A DNA stretch of 64,000 bases from a cyanobacterium endosymbiont of Rhopalodia gibba (lineage in GTDB: Bacteria > Cyanobacteriota > Cyanobacteriia > Cyanobacteriales > Microcystaceae), in the NCBI GenBank assembly GCA_045159875.1, contig CP067995.1, positions 2,912,001-2,976,000 of the forward strand. The letters run 5' to 3'. The translations under genes and the position numbers were made by a program. Shown here one piece after another: positions 12,683-23,699 of this stretch. Position 1 is the first letter of the stretch, and every line of letters starts with the position of its first letter. The notes beneath the pieces were generated by a model. It had not been told where the DNA came from and did not search any database. It saw nothing but the letters and a program-made list of their open reading frames with translations.

Positions 12683-12877
12683 TAAATTTTTGATACTGAA
12701 AACAGGTGAAACCCAACGGTGAGCGATAGACTGGAACAGGCAATCTATGTGAAAATGCCTGACTGTCTAGTCATCTGTTGAGACACACCCATCCCTAGGA
12801 TACAACCGATGATCTTATCAGATGTGATTCAGCGTGTTAGGGTGAAGTCAAACTGCCAAAAAGGTAGCTAGAATCCT

Positions 12878-13789
12878 ATGAGTCCCAAGAAACTGAACGA
12901 CGACGATAAGCAAGAAATTCTTAAGCTTTATCGACAAACACCAGAAACTACATCCACTCTAGCTGATCGTTACGGGGTCAGTAGCTCTACTATTAGCCGT
13001 TTTTTAAAAAGTTACCTGTCAGAGTCAGAATATGAAGAGTTAATTCAACAAAAACGTTTAGCAAGGACGGCTAAGTCTGAGTTACCATCTACACAGATTT
13101 ACGCTAAACCTGTGTTGGTGATATCAGAGAGTCAATCAAAGTCTCAAACTCCAAAGACTGAGAATGAACTTGTGCTGGTGACCTCAAAGAGTCAATTAGA
13201 GTTATCTTCAACGGAGACTAGTACAAAACAGCCCCCTATCCTAGCAAAGGATCAGTCATCAAGATATGCTCAACATTTAGACGAAGATGACGAGGAAGAC
13301 GATCTTGAAGTGGTCGATGTTATTGCCCTTGGAGAAATGATTGGGGAGGATTTATCAGATGGGATTGATGATGATGAAGACTTAGATGATGAAGACTTAG
13401 AGGATGAAGATTGGGATGAGGGAGAAGAAGAAAATTATGATCAATCTTTAACTCAAGATGGTGATGTTCAAGTTTTACCCTTATCATCTGCTATTTTTCC
13501 TAAAACCTGTTATTTAGTAATTGATCGCTCGGCTGAATTAATTGCTCGTCCTCTCAAAGAATTCGCTCATTTAGGTCAAATTCCAGTAGAAGAAGTACAA
13601 CAAAAAACTTTACCAGTCTTCGATAATCATCAAGGGGCGCGTCGCTTTTCCAATCGCTCCCAGCGAGTGATTAAGGTTCCTGATGGTCGTCTTCTGTACA
13701 AAAGTTGTCCCCATTTATACGCTAAAGGAATTACTCGTTTGTTGATGGACGGACAAATTTATTCTATAGGATCTAACTATGACGATTAA
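12878..13789 (+). CDS. Conserved cyanobacterial protein with N-terminal HTH and a very acidic linker
   Basis: 303 aa. TTSTLADRYGVSSSTISRFLK HTH, D/E-rich middle, conserved-looking C-terminal domain (PKTCYLVIDRSAELIARPL...GITRLLMDGQIYS). Confidence 0.8.
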   Translation: MSPKKLNDDDKQEILKLYRQTPETTSTLADRYGVSSSTISRFLKSYLSESEYEELIQQKRLARTAKSELPSTQIYAKPVLVISESQSKSQTPKTENELVLVTSKSQLELSSTETSTKQPPILAKDQSSRYAQHLDEDDEEDDLEVVDVIALGEMIGEDLSDGIDDDEDLDDEDLEDEDWDEGEEENYDQSLTQDGDVQVLPLSSAIFPKTCYLVIDRSAELIARPLKEFAHLGQIPVEEVQQKTLPVFDNHQGARRFSNRSQRVIKVPDGRLLYKSCPHLYAKGITRLLMDGQIYSIGSNYDD

Positions 13790-14567
13790 GTCAATATTAA
13801 TGTTTAGGAATTAATTGATTATTTTAGGGTTTTTAGTCAAGGAAATACTCGGATTTAAATAATTTTATCTACTTCTTTAAAAACTAGTAGTTATGTTTAA
13901 CGGTAGAATTAACTAGTCAAACGCGAGTTTAAACAACTTAGTAGTTGACAATTGGCAAATTTTATAAATTCAGAAGCTCTCCACTAAATTAACTTAAATT
14001 TATTGTCAATTCCCTCGACTGTTCTTTTAATTGTTCCCTGGTCGAAATGGGCAGTGATCTTCCAAATTTAATGCCTAATTACCACACATTTTTTGTGATA
14101 GAATGAATAAGTTTTCTGTGCCAACTTATTTAAGTTTAATAATCATATTACTCAGTTTTAGTTCTATTTTTTTCAGAAATATTCAAAAGTTTTCTCTTAA
14201 TTAGAGTATTTTTTTTGAAAGTAATAGTGATGTTATTACACACCTGATTTAGTTCGACTTTTTATTGTTTACTTAAATTTTTCATGTAGCTCTGACAGAA
14301 CTTTTTCTTTTTAACTAGTATTTAAAAGTTGTTTGGTTTCTTATTTGTGTTTCAGCATCCAAGTTTTTTATTTGTAATCATCAAACTAAATCTTTTATAT
14401 ATATTTCTATTGATTATTCACTTAACCTAATTTTTTGTTGTATACTTAATATTTTTATTTAAAATTTATTTTGTAATTTTTATATTAAACATTTTAGGAC
14501 ATATTCTCTTATTTTTAAGTCAGCTTTACTCTCCTATAAATTTATTCTTGTATTTAAGAACTCATCA

Positions 14568-14609
14568 TTTAATAAAGCCGTTTTTTTAAAAACAAACGGC
14601 TTTATTAAA
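14568..14609. repeat. 42-bp near-perfect palindrome
   Basis: tttaataaagccgtttttttaaaaacaaacggctttattaaa: 16-bp perfect outer arms and one internal mismatch. Confidence 0.95.
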
Positions 14610-15242
14610 AATAAAAATAGTTTATTTATTATAATGATGAAGTTTTTTAGTGGTTGGACTAGAATAAATACAAGTTATTGTTTAGTCTATTTTTTGGACA
14701 AATAAAACTATTACTTTTTATTTAAAACAAGGTAATGGAAATATTAAGTTCTTCTAAATTGAGAATTATATTTATTAAAATGTTCAGTCTAGTCAAATTT
14801 AATTTGAACATAAAGTCTGCTATAGTAACAACTATATCATTAGAAAATTTAATAAACTCTTTATCAAAAATTAAACTTTGTCCTTAAAATTTAAAACTAA
14901 ATAAGAAGGTTGAATAAATTATTTTTTAGTGACTTTTGAAAGACTTATTTATAAAAGTTAAAGAACTGTAAATTTACACTGCATATTGACTATCATGTCT
15001 TCATAAATAGGATAATTATCTTTGATAAAAAGATAAAAAATATAACTTTTAAAATAAAGAGTTCTTATTAATACGACTTTATTTGAACCAGTTTAAGTAA
15101 AAACTAAATTAGTTAAATACTTAGGGTCTATCGAGTGATTTTAATTAAGAGTTGTAGGTAGCTAAAAAACTTAAATCTAATCTAGCTAATCGGATTTAAT
15201 AAAATTAAATCTAGTTTTAGTTTTTGAAATCTATTCATTTTG

Positions 15243-15890
15243 ATGAATGTAAGCTTTTTACTTAGTTTCTATGAACAAGGAGTTCGAAAATTTAATACTT
15301 TTGTTTTCAAAAGCAAAAATTTATTAAGGGCAATACGTATCTAGGTTAATTTAACCGAGACTATTTTAATAGGAACTAATTTGAGCTGAGGTTTTTTGAC
15401 TAAATTAATACTTAATTAAATTAACACTTAATAATCGAAGCTTAGATCGAGCTGATCTGACCCTATGTAAAAATAAGTAAAGTTCGGTTACATAACAGTG
15501 ACCTAATTAAAGGTAATCTAATAAAAACTTTTTTTGTTGAAACCAGCCTTATTTAAGCAAAACTTAGTGGGGAACTTAATATTATGCTAGTCTTTGAGTG
15601 GCTTCTCTTGAGAGAGTTAATTTCCGTCAATTCAATCTCAGTGGTGTTAATCTTACTTGAGCGAGTCTAGGAAGAGGTTGTTTGAGCTGTGCTATTTTTA
15701 ATAGGGTATTTTTTCTTTACACTAATTTTGAACGTACTTTTTTAAAAAAAATTAATTAAAGTGGAAAAAATTGAAAAGGGGTTCACCTTAGTAAGGCGGG
15801 ATTAGTGGATAGTAATTTTGAAAAATTTAACTTATTCGGGGCTAAATTTAAAAAGACAGACTTAAATGGGGCAGACTTAAGCAGAAATAG
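15243..15890 (+). pseudogene. Pentapeptide-repeat protein remnant
   Basis: N-terminal LSFYEQGVRKF followed by broken A(D/N)L-type repeats (LDRADLT, FNLSGVNLT, DLNGADLS) with stops. Boundaries approximate. Confidence 0.75.
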
Positions 15891-16587
15891 AACTTTAACC
15901 TCATATAGGTTGACATAGTCCTTTCTGAAAATTGATAAGATTCAGAACAACACTCTTGAAGTTTTAGCCTTAGTCGATTTTAGACCCTAAAACAGTGGCA
16001 ATTGTTCAAATTAATAAATCCATAGCCTACCCTAAAATTAGTGAGGACAGAACTTTCCATAAAAACGTCAACCTCAAAAAACTAGATCTCACCGCGGTTT
16101 AACTACATAAAATTTCCAAGCTCACAAGGGTAAGAGAGAACGACTCACTGCCTAGTTTAAAGTTCGTATATTCGACTAATAGGGGAAAATAGCTATCGAC
16201 TATACATAACAAATGTACTTTTTCAAGAAATTCCAAACAACTATTTTCGTTAAAACCGATGACATATAAAGAGACTAATCCGGCCGGAGTGTAGGTAATC
16301 GCAACATAATTTTTTATCCTAAATTCCTCCTATCGTACTGTGCATCCCCAGACTAAGATATAAATCTTACTTCTATGCCTAATTAGAACAACTGACTTAT
16401 TCTCTAAAGTAGAATTATTAGGAACTCTAGTTCCCCTCCCTTATGCTGACATAATAATGATTCCCTCAGTTAAAGTAAAGCGACTATGGTTTTTAAAATC
16501 GTCTGTTTTGTTAGGTTTTCTTGAAGCCATAACTTAAAAAATTAAAGAAAATTTCATAGAGGTTGGAGCAAAGTAACAAGCTAAGGC

Positions 16588-16633
16588 AATATCCGTTCCC
16601 ATCTCTTTTTAAAAAGAGATGGGAACGGATATT
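16588..16633. repeat. 46-bp perfect palindrome with no loop
   Basis: aatatccgttcccatctcttttt|aaaaagagatgggaacggatatt. Confidence 0.98.
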
Positions 16634-16975
16634 TAGAAGAAGTTAGAGCAGGTAGAAAGCAGCATGGTAGATGTTTTAATGATTTTAGAAACCGCCAAAA
16701 AATAAGTTGGGTTCAACTCCCGATGTTTTGTCAGTATTGTATGGACAAGCAGGTAAAGATGTCCGTCATACAAATCGCAAAAACATCAACAGTTAATATT
16801 AAGCCGATTTTCCAATTTAGGAGGTGATTATCTGGGGAAATATAAAGAGACGAGTGAAAAGCAATCTTAACTAAAGGTAAGTTTTGAGTTTGTGAGATTT
16901 TTATGAGACAATGATTTAGTCTGTTACCCAATAAAGTTTGTTAACAGCTTACTGTTGATATCTGACGGAAAGCCA

Positions 16976-17338
16976 ATGAGCACTCAATTACCTCCTCTCA
17001 ACACCGATACTATATGGGCAATTCTTAATGAGGAAATCGATGACGAAACCGTCAACCAGTTAGTTTGGTACTATCTGGGCTATCGTTATGATCAATCTCG
17101 TCAGATTTGGGATAATACTCAAGTTGCTGAAGACTGGCGAGAAGATTACCCAGACCCCCCAGATTTTGTTGAAAATCGACCTCCTATTGTTAAGCTGACT
17201 CGTTCTATTCCTAAAGAAAATAAGCAATTACTTAAAGAAAAATTAGGATTTAAAGGTTATAAAATTGGCGAATTTGGACCGAAACAAACCCGCCGTGCTA
17301 CTATGGCAAACTGGTTGTTGAGTTATTCAACGAGTTAA
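16976..17338 (+). CDS. DUF1823-family protein
   Basis: LPPLNTDTIWAIL...VKLTRSIPKENKQLLKEKLGFKGYKIGEFGP..TRRAT.ANWLL. ATG at 16976 preferred over TTG at 16955. Confidence 0.85.
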   Translation: MSTQLPPLNTDTIWAILNEEIDDETVNQLVWYYLGYRYDQSRQIWDNTQVAEDWREDYPDPPDFVENRPPIVKLTRSIPKENKQLLKEKLGFKGYKIGEFGPKQTRRATMANWLLSYSTS

Positions 17339-17392
17339 ACCTGTAGTGAACAGTTGTTAAAATAACTTTTTATATATTATGTTTACTATTTT

Positions 17393-18337
17393 CTAAGGAA
17401 CTTGCCAAATTTTTTCATGATACTGCATCACATCATCATAGGAATTTTGAGGGTGATGATGGTGGTCATGGGAATGGTTGTGTGCGACAGGAGTGAGTCG
17501 GAATTTACACATCTCACAATTCATTTGAGTCTGTCCCAGTTGACTTTCAATTTCCCGTTCACGAATTATAAGAAATAATTCCGGAGCCAATCCAATTTCA
17601 GGAAAATTAAGGATCTCAATATCGGGATATTGTTCTTGTTGTTGGGCACAAATATAAAAAATTTTCTTAACCAATGCCCCCGTAAACAGAAAATGAGGAA
17701 GTACGATAATGCGTTTAGGATGATAGAGTCTTGCTCGTTCAAACCCTTGTTCTAGACGGGGATGAGTAATCCCAATAAAACAAGTTTCAACTGAGCGGTA
17801 GTGACTTCCTTCCCATAATAAACGGGAAAATTTATACATATCACTATTAGCATCAGGATCACTCGAACCTCTACCAACAATAAGTAATACGGTGTCTTCG
17901 GGGGCAATAGTCTTTCTATCAAGTTTAGCTAAGCGTGATCGCCATATATCTAACAGCAGGGGAGTATTACCAAAATGTCGGCCATAGTGAAACCTTAAAA
18001 AGGGGTAACGTTCTTTAGCTTGATCTAAAGCATTAGTGACATCAAATTTTGTATGACGAGCAGCGAACAATAAAAAAGGGAGAGCCGTCATCTCTCTAAA
18101 TCCCTCAGTTACACAGCGATCAATCCCGTCTTGAATTAACGGTTCTGTCAACTCCAAAAAACAGGGAATGACAGGGCGTGAGGTATCTAATCTTTGATAA
18201 GTGTCTACAAAATTAAGAAACGTTTGTTTTCCATCTATATCTCTAGTTCCATGGCCGATAATCAGTAAAGGACGTTGAAAGGGCAAACGGGGAAACTTGT
18301 CCAATATTTCTGGAAATGTCAAAGATTGAGCAGTCAT
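17393..18337 (-). CDS. cbiX: Sirohydrochlorin cobaltochelatase, long CbiX type
   Basis: [14 protein letters not shown] and [10 protein letters not shown] motifs, MNCEMC Fe-S motif, His-rich C-terminal tail. Confidence 0.92.
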   Translation of the reverse strand: MTAQSLTFPEILDKFPRLPFQRPLLIIGHGTRDIDGKQTFLNFVDTYQRLDTSRPVIPCFLELTEPLIQDGIDRCVTEGFREMTALPFLLFAARHTKFDVTNALDQAKERYPFLRFHYGRHFGNTPLLLDIWRSRLAKLDRKTIAPEDTVLLIVGRGSSDPDANSDMYKFSRLLWEGSHYRSVETCFIGITHPRLEQGFERARLYHPKRIIVLPHFLFTGALVKKIFYICAQQQEQYPDIEILNFPEIGLAPELFLIIREREIESQLGQTQMNCEMCKFRLTPVAHNHSHDHHHHPQNSYDDVMQYHEKIWQVP

Positions 18338-18377
18338 CCATACCTCGCAGATGAATCCAAATGGTTATAATGAAATG

Positions 18378-18490
18378 GTAGACGTTATGACCCAGATATG
18401 AAGTTTTATCTCATTACAGTTGCGGTACAGTAGCAAACTCATACTAAGTTTTCTCGATTACTTCTGATGACTGTTCATTATCATAACCAT
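18378..18490 (-). promoter_or_regulatory. Degenerate cobalamin riboswitch upstream of cbiX
   Basis: Minus strand reads ggtt...catcagaagtaatcgagaaaac...CTGTACCGCAACTGTAA (core 18414-18430), with a hairpin catctgcgaggtatggATG over the RBS and start codon. Confidence 0.65.
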
Positions 18491-18949
18491 TTTCCTTTAA
18501 TCCTATCAAAGGTTGCCGATTTTTGCCCCCTTTGCTTGACCAATAATTAAGAGTCTAGTCATCTTAATGATGAAGGCATTTTGAGAATTAGAGTTGTGGA
18601 ATTGGATAAGAAAATACTTGTGTCGTTAGTCACGATTAAAACTATTAATGAAATTTCTCCCTTTTTTCTTGTTTAGTTAGAAATGTTTAATACTTGGGTT
18701 AAGTTTAAGACAAAATGTTCCTAAAAATTACACATTGGCAGTTAAACCTCAATATAAGCTGCCTAAAAACATAAAGCTATCACTAGAAATAAAGAGCATA
18801 AAATTAATGAAATAGAAGAAATTTTCAAAATTGGAGATAGCTATTAAAACTTCCACGGAGAAATCAATAGTTAAGTCTCATTTATTTCTCTTGACTTAGC
18901 ATTTATTCATTAAATTTTAATATTCAAACTTTAATGATTTATATAAGAT

Positions 18950-18992
18950 GTCATCACGAGATAAATTGTTAAATAATTTATCTCGTGATGGC
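18950..18992. repeat. ~40-bp near-perfect palindrome
   Basis: gtcatcacgagataaattgttaaataatttatctcgtgatggc: 16-bp perfect arms plus G-T pairs. Confidence 0.95.
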
Positions 18993-20021
18993 GCAAACTG
19001 TTTCTGGCTAAGAGAAATTTCTAAGCCTATTGATTTATTTAATAAAGTTAAATGAGATATTAACCTTATAGGTGAAATCTTAAGGATTGATAATACAGGT
19101 TGATAAAAAAACTTACAACAATGCAGACTTAAGTAGATTTATCTACTATTTGGGTTAGGCAATGAACATAGAACCATCAAAATAATTAACTTTATTACTT
19201 TATTCCACTCTAAACCTTCGGTAATCTCAGGGTTTCTTGATTATAGATTTTATAAAAAAGAAGATAATTTCTCTAAAAAACTATTTTTGACTGATGTTGT
19301 ATTAGATTGGGGTATCGGTCAAACTCATATGACATGAGATAGTTAGTCTTCTTAGAAAAAAAAGCTTAAATTTTTGAGAAAAATTGAAAATAACTTATCG
19401 GGTCATTGAATATTACGACCTGCTTCTAAACTAATTCAGTCTAATTAATAAATTAATAGTGAGACAACTCAAGAATATAAGGTTAGTTAATAATTGGTAT
19501 TCAATACAAAAAAAATTATTTTTTTAAGCTAATTTCAACTCTATTCTAGAATAGTTAAATTAAAATCAAGTTTTCCAGAAACTGAGAAAGCTACTTTAAG
19601 CAATTGTTTAAATAAACGAGTAAAATTATAATTTATTTTAATTAATTTTTTCTTCAACCTGTGATCAAGAGCATAATCTTTTAAAATTTAATTTATGAAT
19701 TAATGTGATAACAGGGGTCGCACAAAAGTAGACTAATATCTTAACTACTAACACTGATTGATGAACTGTTACTTACGCAAATGATAACCTCCATGATTAC
19801 TGGATTAATGGCATGGGCAATAATACTCTATTTGATTTTCAAGGCTCAAGAAGATTCAATTCATATTAATAAGCATATTTTAAGCTCAGCTTAGTACAAT
19901 TAGAGCCTACAAATATTAAGTTTTACAGTCTAAATTTAAGTGTTAATACTGGGATATTTTACTCAATTAATGAGATGGCTTAACCCCAAAATAGCATTAG
20001 GAAAATGATGTTTACTTTACT

Positions 20022-20831
20022 TTACTTTAGATTTAAAAATTTATCTAAAGCTGTTATCATGTGCGGCGGCCAACGACGAACTTTTATTACCCAATCTAAG
20101 TCTTGATAACGATTATCCATTCCTACTGTTGCTACCCAATTACTCTCCGCTTCCCCTTGTTTTCCTAACTCCCATAAAATAGCTGTCAATGCTGCTCGCG
20201 TATCGGGAAACATAGGATACTTTCGTATAATATTTTTCATTTGATTCAAGGCTTCTTTCGTGTTTCCCAATTGATACAATGCTAAAGCAATATTAGTTTT
20301 AGCAAAGGTAAAGTCAGGATCAATGTTTACAGCCGTCTGGTAGTCTTTTAATGCTTGTTCCCAGTTGTCTAAGCCTCCTTGGGCATTCCCTCGATTATTG
20401 TAAGCCATAGCATTATTGGGAGCAATTTCTAGTACTCGATTATAGTTTATAATTGCCTCTTGATATTTTTCTTGTCTTTCTAGGGCTGTTCCTCGATTAA
20501 GATAAAGAGCAGGCTCATTAGGAGCCAATTCAACAGCCTTATTAAAGTCTGCAATCGCTTTGTCCAATTTATTCTGCCTAACACGAGTATTTCCCCTATT
20601 ACTCCATACTGCTGAATTTCTAGGAAATTTTTCAATTAATTGAGTCCAATAGGCTTCTGCTTGGAGAAAATCTTCTTTTTGCGTTGCTTCAAAAGCTTTT
20701 TTAGCGATTCCCTCCCCCCATTCTAATTGCTCTTGAGTAATGAGAATGGGGGTTTCTTGGGCTAAAATTCTGGGAACACTCCCAAACCACAGTAAGAGAA
20801 TCCCTAATAGACTTAATATTGTGCGGATCAT
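20022..20831 (-). CDS. Membrane-anchored or exported TPR protein, similar to Synechocystis Slr1644 (Pitt)
   Basis: Signal/TM segment, TPRs (AVWSNRGN, AMAYNNRGNA), C-terminal GEAESNWVATVGMDNRYQDLDWV..VRRWPP. The TPR call is firm; the Pitt link is from memory. Confidence 0.75.
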   Translation of the reverse strand: MIRTILSLLGILLLWFGSVPRILAQETPILITQEQLEWGEGIAKKAFEATQKEDFLQAEAYWTQLIEKFPRNSAVWSNRGNTRVRQNKLDKAIADFNKAVELAPNEPALYLNRGTALERQEKYQEAIINYNRVLEIAPNNAMAYNNRGNAQGGLDNWEQALKDYQTAVNIDPDFTFAKTNIALALYQLGNTKEALNQMKNIIRKYPMFPDTRAALTAILWELGKQGEAESNWVATVGMDNRYQDLDWVIKVRRWPPHMITALDKFLNLK

Positions 20832-20862
20832 TGGAGATTAATATTGATAGTGTTTTTACCTA

Positions 20863-21399
20863 TTATGACTTCTGTTCCATTTTTTTTAAATAGTCTTCAT
20901 AACCTAGCTGTTTGAGTTCTTCTTGCTTATTAATAACCATTTGTGTCAAATTTTGTCGATGTTCCTGGATTTTTTTGAACAGTTTAGAATCATAAGACGC
21001 TAGAATTTGAACTGCCAGTAGTCCAGCATTTTCAGCGTTTCCAATGGCAACAGTGGCAACGGGAATGCCTCTAGGCATTTGCACTATGGAATAAAGAGAA
21101 TCTACTCCCTGTAAATGATGAGTCGCTATGGGAACGCCAATGACAGGGAGGGGAGTTAAAGAGGCTACCATCCCTGGTAAGTGGGCTGCTCCTCCTGCCC
21201 CTGCAATAATCACTTTTATTCCCTGTTTATGCGCAGTTTGGGCATAGTCTACCATAACTTTTGGTGTACGATGAGCGGACACGATCCTAACTTCACAAGA
21301 AACGGCAAAGTCTTGACAAACGATAATCGCACTTTTCATGGTTGGTAAATCGGAATCACTTCCCATAATTATGCCTACACGTGAAGAAGAGTCGGTCAT
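20863..21399 (-). CDS. purE: N5-CAIR mutase
   Basis: [18 protein letters not shown] and [12 protein letters not shown] motifs. Confidence 0.98.
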   Translation of the reverse strand: MTDSSSRVGIIMGSDSDLPTMKSAIIVCQDFAVSCEVRIVSAHRTPKVMVDYAQTAHKQGIKVIIAGAGGAAHLPGMVASLTPLPVIGVPIATHHLQGVDSLYSIVQMPRGIPVATVAIGNAENAGLLAVQILASYDSKLFKKIQEHRQNLTQMVINKQEELKQLGYEDYLKKMEQKS

Positions 21400-21568
21400 G
21401 ATAGTTGATCAGGTATAATTCGACAGAGTTATTCTAACAATGAAAAGCTATCTAAATATGGCATCTCTGTAATAATGTACCCATTGATTAAGCTAAGTTT
21501 TTGGGTGAACTTGCGATTCTAGGCAATTTATAGAATTTCATTTAAAAAAAGTAATTTGCACTAAAACA

Positions 21569-22738
21569 ATGCTAAAAAACATTAGAATCATTAATTCTAA
21601 AATACCTGGCTATCAAGAAAGTCAACAAGTTTCTATTAATTCTCAAGGTATTATTGAAAATATATCATCAATGAAAACAGAGTTGAAATATATCCAAAAT
21701 GAGAAAATTTTGGATTTAAAAGAAGATCATCTATCATTAGGAGGCATAGACTTACAAATTAATGGAGGGCTAGGATTATCCTTCCCCGAAATTGAAGAAA
21801 AAGATTTGCCTATGTTACAAAAAATCTGTGATTTTTTATGGAAAGAAGGAATCGATGGATTCTGTCCTACAATTGTCACAACATCAGTTAAAAATATCCA
21901 GAGATCTCTTTCAGTAATTGATAAATTTATAAGCCGACAAGTGATTAAATCTCAAGAGACAGCAAAGGTCTTAGGGGTTCACTTAGAAGGACCCTTTTTA
22001 AACCCCCAAAAAAAAGGAGCACACCCTGAACAATATCTATTAATACCTAGCGTGGAAACTGTAAAACTAATTTTGGGAGATTATGCTCATCGCATCAAAA
22101 TAATGACCTTGGCTCCTGAATTGGACTTAACTGATAAAGTAATTCCTTATTTAAAATGTCAAGGAATTATTGTTAGTTTAGGACATTCTCAAGCTACAGA
22201 CAAAGAAGCAAAAAAAGCTTTCAAATTAGGTGCATCAATGGTAACGCATGCTTACAATGCTATGCCCCCTTTACACCATCGTAATTCAGGATTATTAGGA
22301 GAAGCGATAATCAATAAAAATGTTTATTGTGGATTAATTGCCGATGGTCGACATGTCTGTCCAACTATGATGGAAATCTTACTGAAATCAAGTCATTATG
22401 AGCAAGGAGTTTTTCTAGTTAGTGACGCTCTATCTCCTATTGGTTTAGGAGATGGGATTTATCCTTGGGATGAGCGACAAATTGAAGTTAAACAAGGAAC
22501 TGCAAGTTTAACAGATGGAACATTGTCAGGAACAACTTTACCCTTGTTTTTAGGACTAGGAAACTTAGTGAAATGGGGAATATGTGGGATAGAAACTGCC
22601 ATCTCCCTAGGAACAGAATCTCCTAGAAAAGCTATTAATTTACCTGGAATTTCTATAGGACAGCCAGCTCATTTATTACGCTGGCATTGGGATAAAATAA
22701 GTCGTATTTTAAATTGGGAAAGATTAAACAAAAAATAG
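21569..22738 (+). CDS. nagA: N-acetylglucosamine-6-phosphate deacetylase
   Basis: GVHLEGPFLN..KKGAH, TLAPE, SLGHS, THAYNAM and IADGRHV motifs. Confidence 0.95.
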   Translation: MLKNIRIINSKIPGYQESQQVSINSQGIIENISSMKTELKYIQNEKILDLKEDHLSLGGIDLQINGGLGLSFPEIEEKDLPMLQKICDFLWKEGIDGFCPTIVTTSVKNIQRSLSVIDKFISRQVIKSQETAKVLGVHLEGPFLNPQKKGAHPEQYLLIPSVETVKLILGDYAHRIKIMTLAPELDLTDKVIPYLKCQGIIVSLGHSQATDKEAKKAFKLGASMVTHAYNAMPPLHHRNSGLLGEAIINKNVYCGLIADGRHVCPTMMEILLKSSHYEQGVFLVSDALSPIGLGDGIYPWDERQIEVKQGTASLTDGTLSGTTLPLFLGLGNLVKWGICGIETAISLGTESPRKAINLPGISIGQPAHLLRWHWDKISRILNWERLNKK

Positions 22739-22810
22739 TTGTTAATAATGAAAGTTTGAAGTCAACAATAAAAGTTTCTCTTTCTTGTTTTTCGGTTTGT
22801 ACATCTTAAA

Positions 22811-23503
22811 CTAAATCCGTCGAAGCAAACTCAAACCATGAGTATCAGTTCCACAGGTTTTGAATAACCCATGGATTTTACTTAAAGCTAATACTTGTTC
22901 CGTTTGTTTTAGACTACTCGTCCAGGGTTTAGGATTGCCATAGGCATAAAAAGCCTCCACCCCATCAATGCCTAAATCAGCACAAGCGTGAATAAGCTCA
23001 TCTGCAGGACGATTGTAACGAACAGGATGGGCTAGGACTGCTAGACCACCAGCTTGATGGAAAGCGTTTATAACCTGATGAGCTGAAGCCCAACGGTTTT
23101 CGGGATGAGTCCCTCGGAGATAAGGCTGCATCAAACTGTGTTGTGGATCAAAACCATAGCCTAAAATATGAACTTCAGTATTAAGTAGATTAGCAGTAAT
23201 CTCAACCCCAGTCCAAAGATGAGGTAAAGGTTTGTGAGGATGGTGTTGGCGAGTTTCGTTAATCCAGTTTTGCGCCACTTGGTAACCATTGATAGAGTGA
23301 TGATCAGTAATTGCCATCCCCCTGAGACCGAGAGCCACTGCTTGTTCGATCAAAACCTGAGGTTTCAATCGTCCATCGGAGTGAACAGTGTGCATGTGGA
23401 AGTTATAGTTATGAGGGCAACTTTCTCGGTGCAGAGTCTGCCAAACCTTTTTAAGAGCCTCGGTATCTTGAGCTGATGGCTGAGTTAACATAAATACAAC
23501 CAT
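22811..23503 (-). CDS. PHP-domain protein
   Basis: HMHTVHSDG, AITDHH, GVEI, HILGY, LAHP and GTDTHG motifs. Confidence 0.92.
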   Translation of the reverse strand: MVVFMLTQPSAQDTEALKKVWQTLHRESCPHNYNFHMHTVHSDGRLKPQVLIEQAVALGLRGMAITDHHSINGYQVAQNWINETRQHHPHKPLPHLWTGVEITANLLNTEVHILGYGFDPQHSLMQPYLRGTHPENRWASAHQVINAFHQAGGLAVLAHPVRYNRPADELIHACADLGIDGVEAFYAYGNPKPWTSSLKQTEQVLALSKIHGLFKTCGTDTHGLSLLRRI

Positions 23504-23699
23504 AGTCGGTGCCTTTACTGTAAAAACATTGCAAATTGTTACATCTAGGATAACAACCCTTTGCTTAAAGAGTTAGGAACTACGTATTTCGTTTATCTAA
23601 ACTGATAATATTCCCGACTCAAGTCTATTTTCTCAATAAAATGTTAAAAATTATTAAGTATATATCACTAGACAGAACACAATGATCCAGTTGGGTCAG

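Noticed and set aside
12878..13789. Transposase call for the HTH protein
   Set aside because: Only the HTH is transposase-like; there is no catalytic domain and no terminal repeats.
15950..16530. Decayed minus-strand gene starting MASRKPNK, possibly DUF3172-like
   Set aside because: Looks formerly coding, but the similarity is too weak to name without BLASTX.
19714..19920. Possible RTX/calcium-binding protein remnant
   Set aside because: Only vague G-N-N-T-L-like text; not supportable.
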